Part shown: positions 33,527 through 42,860 of the stretch, piece after piece
Numbering within the stretch: the first letter of the stretch is position 1
Layout of the letters: each line of letters starts with the position of its first letter
From: an uncultured bacterium
GTDB taxonomy: Bacteria; Chloroflexota; UBA5177; JANWHV01
Length of the DNA: 64,000 nucleotides
Assembly: GCA_963827235.1 (NCBI GenBank)
Contig: CAWHAE010000016.1
Coordinates: 1,120,001-1,184,000, forward strand
Direction of reading: 5' to 3'
Program-made: the position numbers and the translations under genes
The notes under the pieces: generated by a model
The model's input: only the letters and a program-made list of their open reading frames with translations
Database searches by the model: none
Told to the model about the DNA's origin: nothing

Positions 33527-35422
33527 ATGCAACCAGATGCGCTCGCGCGGGTCGCGATCCTGCCGGACGTGTTGTACGAGGCATCGATCTCGCCGCTGAT
33601 CTACGGCGATTTCATCGAGTTCCTGGGCGACCTCATCCCCGGGATGCGTGCCGAGAAAGTCAGGGACCGCGCCTTCGAAGGCGCGCAGCCGGCAACGTAC
33701 GTCTGGCCGCCGGATGGGCAGCCTGCCTCGCCGGCCTGGGAGCCATTTGCCGCCGGGCAGCCTGCCTTTGCCTCGGCGCCGGACCAGCCAGCCCAGCTCG
33801 AGATGGTTCCGTCGACCGTGCAGGTCGTCATGGACGCTGAGCGCCCATTCGTGGGCAGCCGGTCGGCCCGGGTCGACGTGCGGCAGGCCGGCGACCAGGC
33901 CTTCGTGGCTGGAATCGCGCAGCGGGACATCGCCGTCACCGCCGGACTGCCCCTGGCGTTCGAAGCGTACGTGCGCGGCGACGCGGACATGGGCGGCGAG
34001 TTACGTGTGATGGTGGGCCAGAACTATGGCGCCTTCTTCCGGGCCTACGCCACGATCTCCCTCCATGGGGTGACCGACGCGTGGCAGCGCGTGGCGGGAT
34101 CGCTCGTCCCTGACGCGTCCGATGCGCACGCTTCGCTGGCAATCGGGGTGTGCCGAGGAGGCACGTTCTGGCTGGACAAGGTCTCGCTCCTCCCGGACGA
34201 CCACCTCCGCGGGTGGCGGCACGACGTCGTGGCGGCAGTCCGCGCCATGAAGCCGGGCTGTCTCCGCTTCGGCGGCACGTCGTTGATCACCTACCAGTGG
34301 GAGACGGGCATCGGGCCGCGGGAGCGGCGCGTGCCATTTGTGAACCAGCCCTGGGGCAACCGGGAGGACCACGACGTTGGACTGCACGAGTTTCTGGATT
34401 TCTGTGAGCTGGTGGGCGCGGAGCCGCTGGTCTGCGTGAACGCCAATTCGACCACGGCGGCCCAGGTGCTGGATGAAATCGAGTACTGCAATGGCCCGGC
34501 GGGCACGCCCTACGGGCGCATCCGCGCGGCCATGGGCCATCCCGAGCCGTTTGACGTGCGATACTGGCAGATCGGCAACGAGCAGGAAGGTGCGCCGTAC
34601 GAGCAGGTGCTCGCCACCTACGCTCGCGCGATCCGCGCGCAGCATCCGGGCCTCGTCTTGCTGGCCTCCTACCCGTCGCCCCGTATCCTCAGCGCCCTCT
34701 CTGCCGACCTCGACTATGTCTGCCCTCACTTCTACGTGCCGTACGCCCGGGACGGTGAGGCGAGCCTGCGCGCCCTGGCCGTGGCGATCAAGGGGACCGC
34801 GCAGCACGCGGACCTCAAGATTGGCGTCACGGAATGGAACCACACGGCAGACCACTGGGGCTGGGCACGGGCCTGGCTGCTGACCCTGTACAATGCGCTC
34901 AACGCCGCCCGCATGTTCAACATGTACCAGCGGCTGGGCGACGTCGTCCGCATCGCCAATCGGTCGAACCTGACCAACAGCGTGTGCAGCGGCGTGGTAC
35001 AGACCAGCCCCAGTGATCTGTACCTGACGCCCACCTACCATGTGCAGGCAGCGTACGCCAACTTCGCCGGAGATGTCGCATTGGCCGTCCTGGCCGACGA
35101 GGACGACCCCCTCGATGTCGCAGCTACGCGGCGAAGCGGCGACGGCGAGGTCGCCGTCTTCGTCGTGAACACGCGAGCTACCCCCCAACGGCGCCGCATC
35201 GACGTCGGCGCCGCGGGTATGCCTCAGGGTCCGGTGCGTGCGTGGACGCTCACTGGACCGTCGCTGGATGCAGCCAACAGCTTCGTGGAGAAAGAGCGGG
35301 TGGCGCCCGTGGAATCCCTGCTTGCCGGCTGCGGCGCTACCTTCGACTATGTCTTCCTGCCCCATTCGCTGACGCTGTTGCGGTTTCTGCCGCGCGCCCA
35401 CACCTCTGTCGCCACACCCTGA
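33527..35422 (+). CDS. Alpha-L-arabinofuranosidase (GH51)
   Basis: ISPLIYGDFIE, LRFGG, YQWETGIGP, IEYCNG, WQIGNE, VTEWN, C-terminal beta domain. Confidence 0.88.
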   Translation: MQPDALARVAILPDVLYEASISPLIYGDFIEFLGDLIPGMRAEKVRDRAFEGAQPATYVWPPDGQPASPAWEPFAAGQPAFASAPDQPAQLEMVPSTVQVVMDAERPFVGSRSARVDVRQAGDQAFVAGIAQRDIAVTAGLPLAFEAYVRGDADMGGELRVMVGQNYGAFFRAYATISLHGVTDAWQRVAGSLVPDASDAHASLAIGVCRGGTFWLDKVSLLPDDHLRGWRHDVVAAVRAMKPGCLRFGGTSLITYQWETGIGPRERRVPFVNQPWGNREDHDVGLHEFLDFCELVGAEPLVCVNANSTTAAQVLDEIEYCNGPAGTPYGRIRAAMGHPEPFDVRYWQIGNEQEGAPYEQVLATYARAIRAQHPGLVLLASYPSPRILSALSADLDYVCPHFYVPYARDGEASLRALAVAIKGTAQHADLKIGVTEWNHTADHWGWARAWLLTLYNALNAARMFNMYQRLGDVVRIANRSNLTNSVCSGVVQTSPSDLYLTPTYHVQAAYANFAGDVALAVLADEDDPLDVAATRRSGDGEVAVFVVNTRATPQRRRIDVGAAGMPQGPVRAWTLTGPSLDAANSFVEKERVAPVESLLAGCGATFDYVFLPHSLTLLRFLPRAHTSVATP

Positions 35423-36225
35423 TGCCGCCTACAACCGCGACATTCCCAGGCGACTGGCGGCGGTACGTCGGACACGGTGGTCAGCGTGTGGTGCAGGGTC
35501 GCGCTGGTTGCTGCAGGCACCACGACAGCAGACCGCCGCAGCGGCACGTTCGTCTGCTCGTTCACGCTCTCTGGACGTCCCGCCGGCAAAGGGCCGCATC
35601 CTGGGGTTGTTGTCCGTACGGGAACGGACAGCCTCCTATGCCAGAGTGCGGGTCATGGCAAACGGAGCAGCGGCGCGTCTGCGCTGGCCCGGCCCTGGCG
35701 ACGTCGGCTGCTCTGGTCGACATCCAGCGCCACGACACCGCTTTCTTGGAGACCAGTCCGGACCCGCTCCACCGTGCTGCTGCCGCGGTCGAGCGGGCAG
35801 GATCACCCCTGGCCGCGATATACCTGCGCCCTGGCCGTCTCTGCAACCCGCCGATTATCGTTCCGCAATCTGCCGGTAGGAAAGTAGGACAGCGGCTCGG
35901 TGCGGGATGCTTGCGGCTGCTGACCATCGGCACCATGGCACGCACATCCGGAGGAGTTCACTCGCTGACGCACCGTGGCCTACGTACGGCAGCACAGCCG
36001 CGCCTGCCAGGGCCGTGTACTGAAGAAGGGATCGCGCACGCTGTTCGCGCGCTTTAATCCCACGATGCTGCAGATCCTGCGTACCAGCCAACTCTCAGCG
36101 GCTGCCACCTCGACGAGCACATCCAGCATTGCGCGATGTGCTTGCTCAATGCTCTGGGTCAGCGCCCACTGCAGATCGGAGAAGACGCGTTGCATAGCCC
36201 AACGGGTCAGCATCTGGAAGCCGTT

Positions 36226-36785
36226 TTAGCTGCCGGATTCAGCCCTCGATCGCAGGACCCAGCCGTGACCCGCGTCCGGGATGGGGTGCTGTCCGAGGAA
36301 GAGGCTCAGTTGGACCGCGTATTCCTGGACGTGACGCATGGTATAGAGTTGCAGCTCCAGAAAGCTGGTGGACTGCCCTGCCGACCAGGGATAGGCGCCG
36401 GGCCGATTCGCCTGCTCATCGGTCAGCGCGACCAGGGTGCAGTGACACTTTCGGCGCAATGACGCGAGATAGTCGCGCAACTCCTCCTTGTGTAGGGCTG
36501 TGCGGGCAGCGCTTCATGAGAATCGAGCACCCCGTGGGCAAAGGGAGCAGGGGGAGTAAACTCCCTCCTCTCCGGCATGCCGGTGAGATACAGGTCGAGC
36601 CAGACCAACGCGTGAAAGCCGACATACCAGAACTCGGCAAACTGCTGGGGGAACTCCGGCGGCGGGGAGTTTCGCCAGAGGCACTGGGTCCACAGCGAGG
36701 CGGGACAGGTCACCAGGGCGTTGTCCAGCATGTCGATGGCGGCGCCGAACTGCCGCCAGAGCGCGGCCTGCCATGGGGTCTCCAT
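36226..36785 (-). pseudogene. DinB-family protein, frameshift near 36490
   Basis: LWRQFGAAIDML, FWY..FHAL.WLDLYL, then other frame LRDYL..ELQLYTMRHVQE. Confidence 0.8.
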
Positions 36786-36817
36786 CTGTCTCAACCGCCT
36801 CGCCTTCTACTCCGTGC

Positions 36818-37219
36818 TCAGGCTCCTTGCTCCTCGCTACCGTCCCGTGCAGGAATACGTTCCTCGAAGATCAGGATGTTCCGAAAGGGATCGCAGAGCC
36901 AGAATCCTTTGGTGCCCCAGGCGGTCTCCTGAACAGGAGACCGGACAGCACCAGTCGGCTCATACTGCTGCTGCAGTGCCTCGATATTGGTGACGCCGAT
37001 ATAGCACACCCTGCAACCCTCTCGGGGTGCTTGTGGTGGATCGGAGACATTCCACTGCAGCGCGATCCTGTCACGTTCGACGATGGCGAACCCTTCGCCA
37101 TGATAGGTGTTCACAAAGCCAAGTTGTCCATAGAATGCCAGGGCTTGCTCCATATCTCCGACAAGAAGTCGAGGCGCGACTGACTCGAGTGTCGGTTGCT
37201 TCTCTAGGGATGCTGACAT
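36818..37219 (-). CDS. VOC/glyoxalase (bleomycin-resistance-like) protein
   Basis: APRLLVGDMEQALAFY..LGF, TAWGTKGF..DPFRNIL; AGAAAGGG RBS. Confidence 0.85.
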   Translation of the reverse strand: MSASLEKQPTLESVAPRLLVGDMEQALAFYGQLGFVNTYHGEGFAIVERDRIALQWNVSDPPQAPREGCRVCYIGVTNIEALQQQYEPTGAVRSPVQETAWGTKGFWLCDPFRNILIFEERIPARDGSEEQGA

Positions 37220-37285
37220 TGGTGCATATCCCTTTCTTGCCCGCAGTGATGCCTGGTGTCTGTGCCAACCCGGCACCGCCATCGC

Positions 37286-37811
37286 GGCGAGGAAAGCACG
37301 CGCCGCCGGGCACCCCTGGGAGACGCACGATGGGGAGCACGTCCCGAAAGACCTGCTCCCCATCGCGTACCTGTGTCCCCGATACTCCTGCTGGTGCCGC
37401 GGACACCGCTACGGCCTGCCTGGTTGGACCCCGTCGCAACGGGTTCCCACCGTTCCCCGCGATTCTCTCGAATCACGTGGTGGCGAGCTATAACGTGCCC
37501 CGAGACTCTCTACCGTCTCCCGCGTGCGTGTGGGATTGGGCGACGGTGGGCTGCCTCGTGCGGCCCTGGTGCGTGGTCATGGTCGACACGACGAACGGGT
37601 CTCCCATACTCTCCCGCCCGCCGGTATCTGGCGACGCTCCCGGCGATAGTTCCCTTCACCCGACCGGCGCTTGCACGCGCGGTCTGCAGTTGCGGGCCAC
37701 CTCAGGGTAGCGGTGCGGATCTCCTTCCTCGTACACAGTTGCATCAGTTCATTCAGGTACTACGAGCATAAGTCACGTCACGAGCGGCATCCAGGAACTT
37801 ATCCACCACGT
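37286..37811 (-). ncRNA. Copy 1 of a duplicated ~525-bp non-coding element: promoter plus putative ~430-nt structured RNA
   Basis: Highly similar to 46302-46828; conserved helices, GAGA and UUCG tetraloops, G-U-compatible substitutions on the minus strand. Confidence 0.65.
37765..37793 (-). promoter_or_regulatory. Sigma70-like promoter of element copy 1
   Basis: TGGATG-N17-TATGCT on the minus strand; hexamers identical in copy 2 while the spacer varies. Confidence 0.6.
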
Positions 37812-38048
37812 CTGAAACGTGCCCGATTTCAAAGGTGATCGGGTTCTGATTGGGAAGGCGACATGGACCACGCGCCGCCCAAGCCGTCGCGCTGCTCCCT
37901 GCCGCCGTGTGATGCCAGGCTCGTGATTAGGAACGAAGCATGCACGGATGTATCCGGATAACCGGCTGCACGCAAGGGATTGTCGCGGGTAGCCTCTACG
38001 GTGTGGGCTGATCACGGCATCGTGCCGGCAACCGCAAAGGGGCTCAGG

Positions 38049-38609
38049 ATGGCCTTGCTGATCTACTCGGCGATCACCTCGCTCGACGGCTATGTAGAGG
38101 ATGAGAACGGCAGCTTTGACTGGGCTGAGCCGGACGAGGAGGTGTTCGCCTTCGTCAACGACCTTGAGCGTCCGGTGGGCACGTACCTCTATGGGCGGCG
38201 GATGTACGAGACCATGGTCTATTGGGAGACCGCGCAGTCATTGGCCAATCACGCGCACGTCGAACAGGACTTCACCACGATCTGGCAGGCGGCCGACAAG
38301 ATCGTGTATTCCCGCACCCTGCAGACGGTCTCCAGCGCCAGGACGCGTATCGAGCGGGACTTCGAGCCCGAGGCGATCCGGCAGTTGAAAGCCACTGCGG
38401 AACGCGACATCACCGTAGGTGGTGCCGAACTGGCCGCCCAGGCGATCCGGGCTGGGTTGATCGACGAGTACCACCTGTTCCTCACGCCGGTCGCGGTCGG
38501 AGGCGGGAAGCCGTCCCTCCCAAACAAGATCGGTGTGCACATCGAGCTACTCGACGCACGCCGTTTCAGCCATGGCGTGGTGTATCTCCGGTACCGCACA
38601 AGGATCTGA
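38049..38609 (+). CDS. Dihydrofolate reductase-like (RibD C-terminal) protein
   Basis: SLDGYVED, YLYGRRMYE, KIVYSRTL, VGGAELA, IDEYHL. Confidence 0.9.
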   Translation: MALLIYSAITSLDGYVEDENGSFDWAEPDEEVFAFVNDLERPVGTYLYGRRMYETMVYWETAQSLANHAHVEQDFTTIWQAADKIVYSRTLQTVSSARTRIERDFEPEAIRQLKATAERDITVGGAELAAQAIRAGLIDEYHLFLTPVAVGGGKPSLPNKIGVHIELLDARRFSHGVVYLRYRTRI

Positions 38610-38639
38610 TCGTTCGCCACTCGGAGCACGGAGACTCAC

Positions 38640-39220
38640 ATGAGAAAGCTCACCATCCACGAACACATCTCGCTGGACGGCGTGATCCAGCAGTCCGCCG
38701 ATGACTGTAATTTCCCCTACGGCAACTGGAGCGTGCCCTATCGGACCCCCGCTGGCCGGGAGGCAATCCTCGCGGCATATGGCGAGCGCTTCGATCTGGT
38801 GCTTGGCCGGCGCACATACGATATGTGGTCGGACTCCTGGCCACACGCGCCGAGCAGTCCGATGGCGGACCGCCTCAATGCGGCCACGAAATGTATCGCC
38901 ACCCACCGGCCGGAAAGTCTTTCATGGGGCCCGTTCGTGTGCCTTGGCCCGGACATCGTCGAGGGCATTCGCCGGATCAAGGCGCAGGACGGCCCGGACC
39001 TTATCCTCGCGGGTAGCTCCACGCTGACATCGACGCTGCTCGAACATGGGCTCGCGGATGACGTCGTGCTGGTCGTCTCTCCGGTCCTGTTGGGCACTGG
39101 TAAGCGCTCTTTGCAGAAGGAACCCCGCCACGCTCTTTCGAGCTCGTCAGCACGAAGGCAACGCCGTCCGGCGTCATCCTCAGTGCGTACAAGGTGGCCG
39201 GGCCTTTGCAGACCGGATAG
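38640..39220 (+). pseudogene. RibD-C/DHFR-like protein, frameshift near 39108
   Basis: ISLDGVIQ, LGRRTYD, GSSTL, PVLLGTGKR then other frame FAEG...TPSGVILSAYK. Confidence 0.8.
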
Positions 39221-39354
39221 GGGTCGTCGCACAAGCAACAACGAACGCGGCGACGTTTGCGCCGGGTCTACGCGTAGGTTTTCTGACCGATTCTGCGACG
39301 ACCCCTCAGTGGCCCAGGGCTACGATTGCGGCGAGCCGTGGCGAGCCTGCACGT

Positions 39355-39412
39355 CCATGGCGTCGTGTATCTCCAGTACCGCGCAAGGATCTGATCGTTC
39401 GGCGCTCGGGGC
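39355..39412 (+). repeat. ~58-bp imperfect direct repeat of 38570-38627 (3' end of DHFR-like gene plus downstream bases)
   Basis: CCATGGCGT(G/C)GTGTATCTCC(G/A)GTACCGC(A/G)CAAGGATCTGATCGTTCG. Confidence 0.85.
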
Positions 39413-39552
39413 CAGGATGCGCATGGTCTGCGTTGTCCCAGGCAGGCGGTCCTGCGTGCTGTTTGCTGCCTCCTCCCGGCGTACAAGGTGCTCTGCGCTG
39501 CCGCCTGATTCCAGGTTATTGAAGGTACGTCTCGCCTGCTGTCCGGGGCTGA

Positions 39553-40434
39553 TCAGATGAAGTAGTGGCCCTGTTCGATGTCCTCGATGAGGCCGGGGTG
39601 GGTGGGCTTCCAGCCCAGGAGCTCCTGGGTGATGGTGCTGGAGGCGGGCATGTCGGTGCTGAGGAGGTGCACGAGCATGCCCCCGAACTCTTCGGCGGGC
39701 AGGGACCGGGCCGGCAGGTCCAGGTGCCGGCCGATGGCCTCGGCGATCTCGCGGACGGGCACGCCTTCGTCGCCGACGGCGTGGAGCACCGCGCCGGCGG
39801 GAGCCTGCTCGATGGCCAGCCGGTACAGGCTCGCGGCGTCCTTCACGTGGACGGCGGGCCAGCGGCTGGTCCCGTCGCCGATGTAGCCGGAGACGCCCTT
39901 GGTCCGGGCCACGGCGATGAGCTGGGGGATGAAGCCGTGACGTTCTCCCTCGCCGTGCACCGAGCGGGGCAGCATGACCAGGCAGGAGCGAACGCCCCGG
40001 TCTGCGGCCGCGAGCGCGGCCTGCATGTTGGTGATGCGGGCCGCGATGGGCCCGGCGGCGATGAGTTCGTCGCGTTCGGTCGCGGGTCGGCCGGGTGTGA
40101 CGAGCGTTGCGCCAGAGATCACCAGGGGCTTGCCGGAGCCGGCGAGGCAGGTGACAAACGTCTCGATGGCCGTGGCGTCGGTCCGCGTCGCAGCCTCGCT
40201 CACGCTGGGCACGACGAAGGCCAGGTGGATGACGCCGTCGCTGTCGAGGGAGCCGGCGCGCAGCACGTCGGTGTCGTTCAGGTCGCCGCGCAGCACCTCG
40301 GCGCCCATGTCGGCGACTGCTGTGGCGGAGGCGTCCGAGCGGGCGAGCCCGAGGACCTGGTGGCCGGCACTGATGAGTTCGGGGACGACGGCCGAGCCGA
40401 TCCAGCCGGAAGCGCCGGTGACGAAGATGCGCAT
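39553..40434 (-). CDS. SDR / NAD-dependent epimerase-dehydratase
   Basis: MRIFVTGASGWIG, VIHLAF, GDGTSRWPAVHVKD, LLGWKP. Confidence 0.9.
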   Translation of the reverse strand: MRIFVTGASGWIGSAVVPELISAGHQVLGLARSDASATAVADMGAEVLRGDLNDTDVLRAGSLDSDGVIHLAFVVPSVSEAATRTDATAIETFVTCLAGSGKPLVISGATLVTPGRPATERDELIAAGPIAARITNMQAALAAADRGVRSCLVMLPRSVHGEGERHGFIPQLIAVARTKGVSGYIGDGTSRWPAVHVKDAASLYRLAIEQAPAGAVLHAVGDEGVPVREIAEAIGRHLDLPARSLPAEEFGGMLVHLLSTDMPASSTITQELLGWKPTHPGLIEDIEQGHYFI

Positions 40435-40502
40435 GGAAAGGTCTCCTTGGTCGTGCTTTGGGTGATGAAGATGCGCGGCGAGGACGCCGCGGCCGAAACG
40501 AC

Positions 40503-40586
40503 GATGCGATCCGGTCGCATCAACTATACCACAACCATGCGATGAAGTCGCATCATCTCTCCAGGTGATGCGATCCCGGTCGCCTC
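40503..40586. promoter_or_regulatory. Three palindromic candidate TetR operators
   Basis: GATGCGA-N5-TCGCATC (40503), ATGCGA-N5-TCGCAT (40537), GATGCGA-N6-TCGCCTC (40567) between divergent SDR and TetR. Confidence 0.75.
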
Positions 40587-40601
40587 GCGTATGCTGTGAC
40601 G

Positions 40602-41217
40602 GTGAGCAGATGGGCACCGAACGCGCGTGAGCGCCTGGAGACCGCCGCGCTGGACCTGTTCGTGGAGAACGGGTACGAGGACACGACCGTCGCGCAGATC
40701 GCGGATCGCGCCGGTTTGAACCGCGCCACGTTCTTCCGGCACTTCGCCGATAAGCGGGAGGTCCTGTTCGGCGGTGAAGACGTGCTGGCCGGGCTGTTCG
40801 CCGACGGCCATCCGGGCTGCCTCTCCGGATGCGACGCTCACCGAGTGCCTGCAGGCGGCGTTCGCGGCCGCCGAGGTCGCGATGACTCCGCAGCAGCGGG
40901 CGAAGGCCGCCCAGCGCGTGCTGGTGGTCGCGGCGAACAGCGAACTGCAGGAGCGGGGACTGCTCAAGCACGCCCGGATCGCCAGGTCAATCAACGCCGC
41001 CCTGCGCGAACGGGGCGCAGACGAGCTGACCGCCCGGCTGGGGGCGGAAGTGGGGATGCTCGCCTTCACCATCGCCGTTGAGCGCTGGATGAAGGCGGAC
41101 AATGACGAGCCGTTCTCGCTCCATGCCGCAGCGGCATTGCGTGACCTGCAGGTGCGCGCGGCCGAGCTTGACTCCCGGTCCCGCCCCTCAGTCTCACGTG
41201 AGTTCAGCGAAACGTAG
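40602..41217 (+). pseudogene. TetR-family regulator, frameshift near 40805
   Basis: RWAPNARERL, GYEDTTVAQIADRAGL..TFFRHFADKREVLF; C-terminal ELQERGLLK in another frame. Confidence 0.8.
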
Positions 41218-41249
41218 GAGACCAGCTCACGCTTGTTACGAGTCAACAA

Positions 41250-41375
41250 AGGCCAGCTAGCGAACCGGAGGAAGGGCAGTTCAGGCGGCCGCCTGTACGC
41301 CTTCGACACGGAGAGGCACAAGAAGCGGCACGCCATGAAGTGCGGTATCAACCGGCTCAAGCGCAATCGTGCCAA
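41250..41375 (+). mobile_element. IS5-family transposase C-terminal remnant
   Basis: NRRKGSSGGR..AFD.E..K.R...CGINRLKRNRA. Confidence 0.6.
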
Positions 41376-41623
41376 ACTAGTCATCCACCACCGTGTAGAC
41401 CACCGTGAACACCATCTCCTACGGTACATCCATGGCAACCTCCGCCGCGACGGTATTCACGTGGTGTCTCGCTGTCCGATGAGGCTTTACTTGAGCGAAG
41501 CCAGCGAAAGCCGCGCGAGGAACCATCAAGTAGCCACGGTGGCTGGTCCGCCATCTGGGACATCTTGCTCGATGTTTTCCGCGTGTCGTGCCGCCGGGCG
41601 GTCGCATCCGTGCCACGATCCGT

Positions 41624-41911
41624 TCAGTCGAAGGACTCCGGCCACTGACGTTTTGAGTGGATGACGGCGAGGAGTTGTACCACGCCCGTGCGACTGCGAT
41701 AGGGCACAATGTATGGGGTGTTCGGTACAACAAGCTCGCGCGTGCCGTCCACGCGTCCTGGCCGCCCCAGCGCCGGTTGTTCGAGAAGCAGCGCGGCAGT
41801 CGCAAAGATGCGGTCGTAGACTCGCTCCGCGGCGTCGGGATCGTCACGCGCGATGTACGCGACAATCTCAGCCAGATCTGCTCGGGCTTGCGGCATCCAG
41901 CGGAGACGCAC
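41624..41911 (-). CDS. Type II toxin, RelE/ParE family
   Basis: RLRWMPQARADL.EI..YIARDDP, GRPGRVDGTRELVV, YIVPYR, VIHSKRQWP. Confidence 0.9.
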   Translation of the reverse strand: MRLRWMPQARADLAEIVAYIARDDPDAAERVYDRIFATAALLLEQPALGRPGRVDGTRELVVPNTPYIVPYRSRTGVVQLLAVIHSKRQWPESFD

Positions 41912-42190
41912 TTAGCCCTGCGCTGAGGTGCCGCTGCCCAGTCGAGCGCGCGCGTCGGTGACGATGTGCCGCATCTCCGCTTCGATCTCGTCCTGTTCAT
42001 AGCCCAAGTCGGCATCTGCTTCGGCCAGACCTTGGCGGATCTTGGCCACTTGCCAGCTCTCTTCGGCCAGGTAGCGCCGTACCGCTTCTGCCACGTGGTG
42101 ATTGCGGCTACGTCCTGTAGCGGCGGCGAGGGCATCCAGTTGCACCTTATACTCTTCCGCCATGCGGACCGGGATGTTTGTCGTTGCCAT
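41912..42190 (-). CDS. CopG/ribbon-helix-helix antitoxin
   Basis: LDALAAATGRSRN...EAVRRYL..E.WQVAKIRQGLAEAD; abuts the toxin gene. Confidence 0.88.
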   Translation of the reverse strand: MATTNIPVRMAEEYKVQLDALAAATGRSRNHHVAEAVRRYLAEESWQVAKIRQGLAEADADLGYEQDEIEAEMRHIVTDARARLGSGTSAQG

Positions 42191-42620
42191 CGCGGTGTAG
42201 CCTCCTCACTGCGAGTATAGCAGCTGTAGAGATCTGTAGACATACCGTCTGCAACACGAAGCGCCAACACCGATCGTGGTCCTTGGGCTCGTACGCAGGG
42301 GTCGGCGCGCGTCAAGGGAGAGGGCGATGCGCGGGCGCCAATGCGTTGAGACGGACTGACTGAACGCATCAACGCACTCACGCTTCGGCGCAGTGGCCGG
42401 CGGTGACGCTGCCGCGCAAGCGCCGATGACAGCCAATGCCATCAACTACAGAATCCGACCATCAAATGGGTCTCACATACAATGTCCAAACATCAAGGAA
42501 GTTGTCGTACGACACTCGCTGCAAGGTTGCCAGTCTACGCTCTCAGCCCCTCATGTGCACCGCGCGCCTCAAGCTCTGCCGGTGCTGCCGTTGTGCAGGA
42601 AGTTGATCTGCCGCTTACCA

Positions 42621-42656
42621 CCATCGCCATCGCCATCGCCATCGCCATCGCCATCG
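42621..42656. repeat. Hexanucleotide tandem repeat (CCATCG)x6
   Basis: Six perfect copies. Confidence 0.95.
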
Positions 42657-42860
42657 CACACGAGGGTGCGCCGGTCAGTATACAAATGAAGAGCATCGTG
42701 TCCCTGGGCGACGACGAGGCTCGCCCGGATGACTGCCGGCCGGGTGCAGCGTGATGCCGTCCAGCCGGCACAGGCCGCAGCCACTGGTGAGCCGTGGATC
42801 ATCAGCGTGGGCGCGCACCGGCGCGGCGGGCAGGGCCAAGGCGATAGACTGGGTTCGAAG

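Noticed and set aside
37286-37811. Element as T-box, RNase P RNA, group II intron or MITE
   Set aside because: No UGGNACC T-box bulge, no GAGGAAAGUCC RNase P core (only GAGGAA.GAGAUCC), no domain V, and no terminal IRs or target duplications seen
37984-37995. CGCGGGTAGCC shared near both intact DHFR-like starts (also about 46230)
   Set aside because: Only 11 bp, GC-rich, and in opposite orientation relative to the two genes
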